Positions 17,685 through 24,768 of a DNA stretch of 31,067 nucleotides are shown here, in pieces (position 1 is the stretch's first letter; each line of letters opens with the position of its first letter). The position numbers and the translations under genes were made by a program. Location: NCBI GenBank assembly GCA_034665605.1, contig JAXDJM010000138.1, positions 1 through 31,067 on the forward strand. The letters run 5' to 3'. The notes beneath the pieces were generated by a model. That model saw only the letters and a list, made by a program, of their open reading frames with translations, searched no databases and had not been told where the DNA came from. Source of the DNA: Actinomycetota bacterium (GTDB lineage: Bacteria; Actinomycetota; CADDZG01; WHSQ01).

Positions 17685-18354
17685 CATCGATCTCGAACCG
17701 TTTCTCGCGGCTCGCGCTCGGGAAGCCATCGGGTTCATGCCGGAAGAAGAAGGCATCGCGTTGTTCCGCGCGGCGTGCTCGGCGGGGGCCGTTGGCGGCC
17801 CTCTCTTGGAGATCGGGACATTCTGTGGGAAGTCGGCGATCTATCTAGGTGCCGCAGCGCGCGTGGCGCGCACTGTCTTGTTCACCATCGATCACCACCG
17901 CGGGTCGGAAGAACATCAGCCCGGCGAGGGTTATCACGACGAGAGATTGGAAGACGAGAAGGGTCGCATCGACACCTTGCCGGAATTTCGCAGGACGATC
18001 GACGGCGCGGGCCTGTGGGACGTGGTGATCGCGGTCGTCGGCGAATCTGCATCTGTGGCTCAACGATGGGCGATTCCACTCGCGATGGTGTTCGTGGACG
18101 GTGGTCACTCACGCGAGGCGGCCCACACGGACTTCACCTCGTGGGCCCCTCACATCGCGCCCGGTGGGCTGCTGGTGATCCACGACGTCTTCCCCGACCC
18201 GGATGACGGTGGCCGTCCCCCGTTCGAGATCTACGAACGGGCACTCGACTCTGACCGTTTCACTGAGATCAACTCTTGCGGGAGCTTGCGCGTGCTGCGC
18301 AAGCACGCTCCGCTAGCGCGGGCCGAACAGCGACAAGGTGACACCTTCGGATAG
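17620..18354 (+). CDS. meT1: Class I SAM methyltransferase, homologue of the MMP 1-O-methyltransferase MeT1; start uncertain (GTG 17620, ATG 17593 or ATG 17737)
   Basis: GFMP.EEG, LEIGTFCGKS, TIDHHRGSEEHQPG..YHD, DTLPEFRRT, FVDGGHS and IHDVFPDPDDGG.PP match mycobacterial MeT1 as recalled. It lies next to mmpH- and manT-like genes. Confidence 0.78.
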   Translation: MTTRRSETRNHICRSGSIAVGDIDLEPFLAARAREAIGFMPEEEGIALFRAACSAGAVGGPLLEIGTFCGKSAIYLGAAARVARTVLFTIDHHRGSEEHQPGEGYHDERLEDEKGRIDTLPEFRRTIDGAGLWDVVIAVVGESASVAQRWAIPLAMVFVDGGHSREAAHTDFTSWAPHIAPGGLLVIHDVFPDPDDGGRPPFEIYERALDSDRFTEINSCGSLRVLRKHAPLARAEQRQGDTFG

Positions 18355-19311
18355 GGCATCGCACGCAAGTAAGGCGGCTCCCGCCGTCCACGCCGTCTTC
18401 TCACGCGGCCACACCGTTCCGTCGGGCCACGTCGCGCCCGTCCAGTACGCGCCTTCGCAGCGAAGGTGCTGAGCCCACGCGAAGAGTTCGGAGGCTCGGT
18501 CATGGGCACCCAACGCCATCAGGCATATGACGAGCTCGAAAGTCTCCGCGGCCGTGACCCAAGGGCGGTCGGCTACGCAGCGGCAACCGCGACCCGCGAT
18601 CACGAATTCGTTCCACCTATGTGCAAGGCGCTGGGTGGCCCCGTCTGCGTCCAACACGCCGCTCAGGATCGGGTAGTACCAGTCCATAGCAAAACGGTGC
18701 TTGTCGACGAAGCCAACCTCGCCCGCGACCGCGGCCACGAGTCGTCTCCGAGCCAGGTGCCATGAAGGTCGTTCGTGTCCGAGGATGTCGGCGATCTGAA
18801 GGGCCGAGGCAAGGCTGTGTGCGACACACGCGCATGAAGTCAACAGTGCTTCGGAAACGACCCGGCCGCGGAGATCCTTGGCCCACCAGACCCTCCCGTC
18901 CGGAACCTGAAGCCCGAGGACGAACCTCATCGCTCGCTCCACGACGGGCCACATCTCTTCGAGAAAGGCCCGATCGGAAGTCATGAGCCAGTGATGGAGA
19001 ACGCCCGTCGCGGCATAAGCGCAGAAATTCGTATCGGCCCCGGCATCGTGAGGAACGCCGCCCCGGTATTCGATGGCCCATGAACCATCGGTTCGCTGGG
19101 AGCTCATCAACCAGCCATAGGCGTTCGCTGCGTCCGAGTGATGGCCCACGGCGTCGAGACCCATCGCCGCTTCCACGTGATTCCACGGATCGGCGGGGGC
19201 TCCCGGCCACCACGCTATGCAACCGTCGCTTCGTTGTGCTTCGAGTATGGATTGCGCGGTGTGACGCGCGTCCGATGTTGTCAGGGCCGGAGCTACTTCA
19301 GGCGCGCGCAT
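18313..19311 (-). CDS. mmpH: (alpha/alpha)6-barrel protein, homologue of the MMP alpha-endomannosidase MmpH (often auto-annotated prenyltransferase)
   Basis: DPWNHVEAAM, NFCAYAATGVLHH, ALLTSCA, MDWYYPILSG, RCVADRPWVTAAET.ELV and GAYWTG...WP.EKTAWT match recalled MmpH-family motifs. Cluster context agrees. Confidence 0.72.
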   Translation of the reverse strand: MRAPEVAPALTTSDARHTAQSILEAQRSDGCIAWWPGAPADPWNHVEAAMGLDAVGHHSDAANAYGWLMSSQRTDGSWAIEYRGGVPHDAGADTNFCAYAATGVLHHWLMTSDRAFLEEMWPVVERAMRFVLGLQVPDGRVWWAKDLRGRVVSEALLTSCACVAHSLASALQIADILGHERPSWHLARRRLVAAVAGEVGFVDKHRFAMDWYYPILSGVLDADGATQRLAHRWNEFVIAGRGCRCVADRPWVTAAETFELVICLMALGAHDRASELFAWAQHLRCEGAYWTGATWPDGTVWPREKTAWTAGAALLACDALSEGVTLSLFGPR

Positions 19312-20026
19312 CCGACATCCTTCTGAATGATCGTTTGCGCGCGTAGAGAACGACGCTCTTACCCATCACTGGATCGAGAGCACGCTCCAGCGCGCGCGTC
19401 GCCAGCGGCCGGCGGGTGAGATCCCAAACCAAAAAGCCGTGATACATGCGGACCGGAAGGATGTCGTCCTTGCGGGGACCGACCGCGGATTTGAGCCACC
19501 AGAAAGGCGAGTGCAGCGCGTGGGCGAAATGGCGGTCGAATGCATCGAGCCCTGCTTCACCGAGGCCGGCACGAAGCGTTGACTCTTTGTAGATGCGAAC
19601 GTGACCCCCTTCGTTCTGGTGATATTCGTCCGAGAGAGCCCAGCACACCCGTTCGGGCCAGTACCGCGGCACCGTCACGGCCACGATGCCTTCGGGCGCA
19701 AGCACGCGCGCGATCTCCCGCATCACCGCCTGATCATTCGGGATGTGCTCGAGAACTTCAGAAACGATGATGCGGTCGAACGTGCCGTCGGCAAACGGAA
19801 GCTGCAGAGCGTCGGCTCGAAGGGCTCCGGCATTGCCGCCTTCCTCTTCGGCCACCGCGGCAAGCATCACTGCCGTGTCCTTTAGAACGACATCGTCGAG
19901 ATCCATGGCGACAACCTGCGCCCCTCGCCGCATCGCTTCGAAGGAGTGGCGCCCACCCCCGCATCCGAGGTCGAGTAAATGCATCCCTGGTTCGACGGCA
20001 AGTCGCTCGTAGTCGACGGTCAACAT
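19298..20026 (-). CDS. Class I SAM methyltransferase, homologue of the putative MMP 3-O-methyltransferase
   Basis: MLTVDYERL, LDLGCGGGRHSFEA, SEVLEHIP, VTVPRYWPERVCWALSDEYH..EGGHVRIY and HALHSPFWWLK. It sits between manT-like and mmpH-like genes. Confidence 0.78.
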   Translation of the reverse strand: MLTVDYERLAVEPGMHLLDLGCGGGRHSFEAMRRGAQVVAMDLDDVVLKDTAVMLAAVAEEEGGNAGALRADALQLPFADGTFDRIIVSEVLEHIPNDQAVMREIARVLAPEGIVAVTVPRYWPERVCWALSDEYHQNEGGHVRIYKESTLRAGLGEAGLDAFDRHFAHALHSPFWWLKSAVGPRKDDILPVRMYHGFLVWDLTRRPLATRALERALDPVMGKSVVLYARKRSFRRMSDARA

Positions 20027-21252
20027 GGGGCCATCGCCTTGCGGTATTCGGCCACGGTCAACTCCGCGGTGTTACGCCACGTGAAGTGGTCGAGGACACG
20101 CTGTCTTGCGCGTTCCCCGATCGATCGGCGGAGCTCTGGGTCGTCGAGCAGACTTTTTATCGCCGTTGCAAGTGCGCCCGCGTCGGCGGGGGGCACGAGA
20201 ATGCCGGTCCGTTCGGTGCCGATCACTTCCGGAAGCGCGCCTGCCGTCGTTGCGACGACCGGAACCGCGCACGCCATCGCTTCCACCGCCGGCAAGGAGA
20301 ATCCTTCGTAAAGCGAAGGAACGACGGCCACCTCTGAAGTGGCGTACAACTCGACTAGCTCGAGACGATCGATCCCCGTACGGAACGTCACATGACGCTC
20401 CATCCCGTAGCGCTCGAGCGCCGTGGTGATTCGGGAGCCCGGGGGCGCGCCGACCACGATCAAGTGAGCGTCCGTCTCGGTCCTCAGCTTCGCGAGCGCC
20501 TCGATCAAGTGTGGGAGGCCCTTAAGGGGCACGTCCGCACTCGCGGTGGTCACGATCCGCCCCGCAACTTTGCCGACTTCGGGGAGCGGCCTGAATAGAT
20601 CGGTGTCGACGCCGTTCGGAACCACCGCGACGTTGTTGTCGATGAGCTTCATCTCGGCCTCGACATCGGATGCCGCGACCGTCGACGGCGAGATGATCGG
20701 GAGGCGACGCGCTACGCGTGCCTGCATCCGCGTGAACGCGTACCACCGACGGATCGCCATCCGCCTCGTGACGCCGGCCGCTTGCAACTCGAGCCGGCGG
20801 TCGATCTGGATGGGGTGATGGATCGTCGCGACGACGGGCAGTCCGGTGCGGGCGATCCGCAGCAATCCGTACCCGAGGCACTGGTTGTCGTGAACCACGT
20901 CGAAGTCTGCTCTTCTCTCGGCGAGCATCCGGGCGGCTCGCAGGCTGAAGGTGAGCGGCTCGGGGAAACCCGCCCCGCACATCGACGCGTACTCGAGGAT
21001 GTCGATCCAATCCTTGAACTCCGATCGAGCCGGCCGCCGGAAGGGGTCATCGGGACGGTAGAGATCGAGGCTGGGGACGCGGGTGAGGCCCACGCCGTCG
21101 ACGAGCTCCGGATACGGCGGCCCCGAGAAGACTTCTACGTGATGGCCGAGCGCGCTCAGCGCAGCGCTGAGGTAACGCACGTAAACTCCCTGACCGCCGG
21201 ATAGCGGGTTGCCTCGGTAGGTGAGTAGCGCCACGCGCAAGGGTTCGGTCAT
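20020..21252 (-). CDS. manT: GT4 glycosyltransferase, homologue of the MMP alpha-1,4-mannosyltransferase ManT
   Basis: GT4 motif PSLYEGFSLPAVEAMA. N-terminal RVALLTYR...GGQGVYVR.LS..L..LGH.VEVFSGPPYP, LTFSLRAAR and VHDNQCLGYG match ManT-type proteins as recalled. Confidence 0.78.
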   Translation of the reverse strand: MTEPLRVALLTYRGNPLSGGQGVYVRYLSAALSALGHHVEVFSGPPYPELVDGVGLTRVPSLDLYRPDDPFRRPARSEFKDWIDILEYASMCGAGFPEPLTFSLRAARMLAERRADFDVVHDNQCLGYGLLRIARTGLPVVATIHHPIQIDRRLELQAAGVTRRMAIRRWYAFTRMQARVARRLPIISPSTVAASDVEAEMKLIDNNVAVVPNGVDTDLFRPLPEVGKVAGRIVTTASADVPLKGLPHLIEALAKLRTETDAHLIVVGAPPGSRITTALERYGMERHVTFRTGIDRLELVELYATSEVAVVPSLYEGFSLPAVEAMACAVPVVATTAGALPEVIGTERTGILVPPADAGALATAIKSLLDDPELRRSIGERARQRVLDHFTWRNTAELTVAEYRKAMAPC

Positions 21253-21260
21253 GACGGGGA

Positions 21261-21266
21261 ACCTTA
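21261..21266 (-). promoter_or_regulatory. Probable -10 element of a leaderless manT-like transcript
   Basis: Minus-strand TAAGGT, 8 nt, then ATG 21252. No SD. Confidence 0.5.
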
Positions 21267-21327
21267 AGGGCCGGGACTCTCACTCCGATCTCGGTGCCTA
21301 GCGTGACCCAAGGCGGACAATGGACGC

Positions 21328-22887
21328 GTGAGCGCGACGGTGGAGTCTTCTGATATCGCCTCAGCAAGGCGCGATGCGCGGATGGCGGGCCTGATCGCCG
21401 TCGCCCTGGCGGGTGCATTCCTGTGGCTCGTCTCGGGCTTTTTCACCGGCGTTCCGTTCGCTCCAACCTCCGTTGCAGACGCGTCCGTCAGGGTCCTCCC
21501 CGGAGGCATGGAGACGTTCTTCATCGAGCTCTTGCATCACTGGGCTCAACGGCTGTTCGAGATCGGTGTCGTCATCGGATCCCTGTTGTTCGGTGCCGAG
21601 GTCCTGGCCCGAACTCTTGTGTTCGACGGCTCTTCCGTGCGAGTGCGCGCCGGTGTCGCGGGAGCGATCGTCGGAGTCGTCGCGTTCGCGGGGGCTCTTG
21701 TAGATCCCACGTCGAATCCGAACCCGGTCATCGTTGCAGGGGTCACGATCTTTGCAGTTGCGATCTACACCTTTGCAGCATCGGGGCTCTTCAAGTCGAT
21801 GTACGGAGCGCGCGCCGACGCGGACTCGGGGCGCAGGCAGGTCTTGCGATTGGCGATCGCGGGCGGCGGGATCCTGGCAGTGGGCGGAGGCTTGTTGGGA
21901 TGGATCGCACGTCGCATCTCGGGGCCCGACACGAACGTAGCGCTGGTGGCTCCCGCAAGTCCGGCGAAGATCCCATCGCGGGCTCCATTTCCAGAGATCG
22001 CGGGTCTCTCGCCTGAGGTCACGAGCGCGTCCGATCACTACATCGTCGACATCGACATCGTCGCTCCGTCGGTTGAAGCGTCTTCGTGGGACTTGCGAGT
22101 TCATGGGCTCGTCGACAAGCCGGCGCAGTATGGGTTCCAACAACTTCAACATTCTTTCGACATCGTCGACGAATACGCCGTGCTCACCTGCATCTCCAAC
22201 CGGGTAGGCGGCGGATTGATCGGAAATTCGAAGTGGGGCGGTGTGAAGCTCGGCGACGTACTCGATGTGGCCGGCGTTCACAGCGACGCGGTCGACGTCG
22301 TGTTCCGTGCGGCCGACGGATATGCGGACTCGATCCCGATCGAGGTTGCGAAGCATCCATCGACGATCCTTGCGGTGTCACAGAACGACAAGCCTCTTAC
22401 TCAAGACCACGGCTTCCCATGCCGGGTACGCGTCCCGATGATCTACGGCATGAAGAACGTGAAGTGGTTGACGGAGATCGAGGTGGTTAACAAGGACTTC
22501 CTCGGCTTCTGGCAATCGCGCGGGTGGAACGATCGCGCGGTCGTCCATACCGAGTCTCGGATCGATGTCGCGGGAGACCATCTCAACGCATCCGCCGGAA
22601 ACGCAACGTGGATAGCCGGCGTCGCGTGGGCGGGCGATCGCGAGATCTCGAAGGTCGAAGTGAGCACCGACGGCGGCCAAACGTGGAACGAAGCCATGCT
22701 CAAGGACGCGCTCGGCCCCCTGGCATGGAGGCTTTGGGCGTACCGATGGACGCCGGAGCAGCGCGGTGCGGTGCGTGTCGAGTGCCGGGCCACCGACGGA
22801 ACCGGTGCGGTGCAAACGACTCATCAAGCCGCGCCCTATCCATCGGGATCGTCGGGCCTGAACGTCGTCGAGGTAACGGTCTCTTAG
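21328..22887 (+). CDS. Polytopic membrane molybdopterin oxidoreductase (sulfite oxidase/MsrP-YedY family) with Mo-co dimerisation domain
   Basis: LTCISN..GGGLIGN..WGGV (Mo-ligating Cys), HGFP.RV.VP.IYGMKNVKWL and GVAWAGDREISKVEVS. About 5 TM segments, with GRRQVL before the last. Confidence 0.88.
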   Translation: MSATVESSDIASARRDARMAGLIAVALAGAFLWLVSGFFTGVPFAPTSVADASVRVLPGGMETFFIELLHHWAQRLFEIGVVIGSLLFGAEVLARTLVFDGSSVRVRAGVAGAIVGVVAFAGALVDPTSNPNPVIVAGVTIFAVAIYTFAASGLFKSMYGARADADSGRRQVLRLAIAGGGILAVGGGLLGWIARRISGPDTNVALVAPASPAKIPSRAPFPEIAGLSPEVTSASDHYIVDIDIVAPSVEASSWDLRVHGLVDKPAQYGFQQLQHSFDIVDEYAVLTCISNRVGGGLIGNSKWGGVKLGDVLDVAGVHSDAVDVVFRAADGYADSIPIEVAKHPSTILAVSQNDKPLTQDHGFPCRVRVPMIYGMKNVKWLTEIEVVNKDFLGFWQSRGWNDRAVVHTESRIDVAGDHLNASAGNATWIAGVAWAGDREISKVEVSTDGGQTWNEAMLKDALGPLAWRLWAYRWTPEQRGAVRVECRATDGTGAVQTTHQAAPYPSGSSGLNVVEVTVS

Positions 22888-22895
22888 GCCGTCTA

Positions 22896-24272
22896 CTACG
22901 CGGGCTCGAAGTGGATCAGCACCGATCCGATCTCGGGACACTGCGCCCGCAATGCGTTCTCTATCCGCTCCGATGCATCGTGGATGCGCGCCAGCGGCAG
23001 GTCGTCTCGGCCCCGGACGTGCGCGACGACCGACAACTCCTCTCCGGATGAAGTGACGAGAACCTCGTGACAATCGATGATGTCGATCTCATCGCGCGCC
23101 AGCCTACGAACTAGATCGACGACGTCCCGGCGTGTGGCGGTGACGTCCTTCCCGAAAGTGGTCTGCTCCATCGGTTCCAGGTGAGTGTCGACTCGGGTGT
23201 CGGGCCCGAGCTCGGCGCGGACCGCGCTCTCAACGTCCTCCGACAAACGGTGAGCGTTTGCTACCGAGATATCGGGCTCGACCTTCGCGTGAAGCGTTGC
23301 ATGAAGCGACGATCGGCCGCTCTCGTTGAGGGCGTGCACTAGAACGTTGTGGACCTCCTGGATGCCGTCGACCCGGCTGGCTGCGGCCTGTGCGCGCTCG
23401 ACCAATCCACTATCGGAGTCGGCGGGTTCCACGTGGACGACAACGTCGGCATCCGGGATCACCGCGTGGATCTCGTTCTCGACGCTTTCCGCGATGTCGT
23501 GGGCGCGCTCCAAAGACGCGGTCCTGCCTGCGGCAACGGTGACGTCGGCGAAGAGTTTGGAGCGACCCCCGCTTCTGACGCGAACCCGGCGCGCTTCGGC
23601 GACACCCGGTGCCCGGGCTGCTGCGGCTTCGATCGCCTCGACCGGCGCGCCCGGCGCGCGGTCCATCAACACGTCGATCGATCGGTTGGCGGTGCGAGTG
23701 GTAGCGGCGAGCACGGCCACCGAAACGACGAGAGCGCCGATGGCATCGGCCTTGTCGAATCCCGAGCGGATCATCAACAAGCTGACCAGTGCCACCGCGG
23801 ACGTCGCGACGTCGATCATCAGGTTCAACGCACCCGCTTGAAGAGCGGCCGAGCTCTCGGATCGCGCAGCCCGGAGCATTAATCGAGCCCGGGCTCCATC
23901 GATGACGATCGACACGCCGAATAAAACGAGTGCGTACCAGGGTGCGTCGGCCTGATGTGTCCCGGTGAGCTCGACCACGGCCTCGGCCGCGATCCACAGG
24001 GCAAGCCCGGCCAGCACGAGCGTCTCGGCGAACGCGATCAGGTTCTCGGCCTTCGCGTGACCATAGTGATGTGTCTCATCTGCCGGTTTGCCGGCAAGAC
24101 GAACCGCGAAGAACACGAGGGCCAGGGCGACGACGTCGAGAACAGAGTCGAGTGTCTGGGACAGAACCGCGAGGCTGCCGGTTGCCCCCCACACGGCGAG
24201 CTTTGCCCCGGCCAGTACGAAAGTTACGAAGAGTGCGACGGCAGCAGTTCGCTCCGCCGAGGTGCGGGCCAT
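22896..24272 (-). CDS. Cation diffusion facilitator (FieF-like) with three C-terminal ZT_dimer-type domains
   Basis: TM2 DSVLD, KPADETHHYGHAKAE and TM5 NLMID. Three repeats each end in H(V/L/F)EP. Start ATG 24272 (MARTSAE). Confidence 0.9.
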   Translation of the reverse strand: MARTSAERTAAVALFVTFVLAGAKLAVWGATGSLAVLSQTLDSVLDVVALALVFFAVRLAGKPADETHHYGHAKAENLIAFAETLVLAGLALWIAAEAVVELTGTHQADAPWYALVLFGVSIVIDGARARLMLRAARSESSAALQAGALNLMIDVATSAVALVSLLMIRSGFDKADAIGALVVSVAVLAATTRTANRSIDVLMDRAPGAPVEAIEAAAARAPGVAEARRVRVRSGGRSKLFADVTVAAGRTASLERAHDIAESVENEIHAVIPDADVVVHVEPADSDSGLVERAQAAASRVDGIQEVHNVLVHALNESGRSSLHATLHAKVEPDISVANAHRLSEDVESAVRAELGPDTRVDTHLEPMEQTTFGKDVTATRRDVVDLVRRLARDEIDIIDCHEVLVTSSGEELSVVAHVRGRDDLPLARIHDASERIENALRAQCPEIGSVLIHFEPA

Positions 24273-24278
24273 CCTCGA

Positions 24279-24284
24279 AGCGTA
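24279..24284 (-). promoter_or_regulatory. Possible -10 element of a leaderless CDF transcript
   Basis: Minus-strand TACGCT, 6 nt, then ATG 24272. Confidence 0.45.
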
Positions 24285-24298
24285 GAGCCGGACTTCTT

Positions 24299-24649
24299 CT
24301 AGGCGGCGAGGCTTTCTACGACGCCGGTCAGCTCGTCGATGTGGGTTTTCAGAAGGAACGTGTCGGCCCAGTCCGGGGCCTCGGTCAGCACGGCGGAGAA
24401 GGCGATGATCTTCGTATTGGGACAGTGCTGCCTGATGAACTCGGCGGCCCTCGAGCCGTCCCAGCGCGGCATGAAGAAGTCGAGCACGACGACGTCGGGG
24501 TTGACGTCGGCCGCAAGCAGCGCCCCCTCGAGCCCGTCGCCGGCCACCCCGCCGATCCGAAAGCCGCCGTGCACGTCGAAGATCGTGCACAGAAGCGTGC
24601 GCATGGCCGCGTCGTCGTCGACGAGCATCACCACCGGTCTGTGAGCCAT
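24299..24649 (-). CDS. Single-domain response regulator (receiver only)
   Basis: LVDDD acidic pocket, VVLDFFMP phosphoacceptor, FSA and LLKT. No output domain. Confidence 0.88.
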   Translation of the reverse strand: MAHRPVVMLVDDDAAMRTLLCTIFDVHGGFRIGGVAGDGLEGALLAADVNPDVVVLDFFMPRWDGSRAAEFIRQHCPNTKIIAFSAVLTEAPDWADTFLLKTHIDELTGVVESLAA

Positions 24650-24733
24650 ACCAAGAATGTGGCGGTCCGGCGAGGCGCCCGCAATAGCTCGAAAGAGCTA
24701 CTTCGCTCGCTCCGGCCTCTGTCTGGTACCTGC

Positions 24734-24762
24734 TTGAAAATATATTTAGTCGCGACTAAATT
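24734..24762 (+). promoter_or_regulatory. Housekeeping-sigma promoter of mntR, leaderless
   Basis: TTGAAA (24734-24739), 17 nt, TAAATT (24757-24762), 6 nt, GTG 24769. Confidence 0.8.
24744..24761. promoter_or_regulatory. Perfect 18-bp palindrome, probable DtxR/MntR-family operator
   Basis: ATTTAGTCGCGACTAAAT is its own reverse complement. It covers the spacer and -10 of the promoter of a DtxR-family regulator gene. Confidence 0.85.
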
Positions 24763-24768
24763 GCGGCG

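Noticed and set aside
17677-17739. Possible frameshift at the meT1-like start (GTGA overlap at 17681 is out of frame)
   Set aside because: In-frame GTG 17620, ATG 17593 and ATG 17737 exist, so a frameshift is not required. Recorded only as start uncertainty.
18313-19311. Reading this ORF as a prenyltransferase/squalene cyclase of a terpenoid cluster
   Set aside because: No DXDD motif or isoprenoid genes nearby. Motifs and neighbours fit the MmpH glycoside hydrolase better.
24650-24733. yybP-ykoY manganese riboswitch
   Set aside because: Only a partial GAAGTAGC resemblance. I see no four-way junction or 3' GAGACC element, so it is kept only as an unassigned hairpin.
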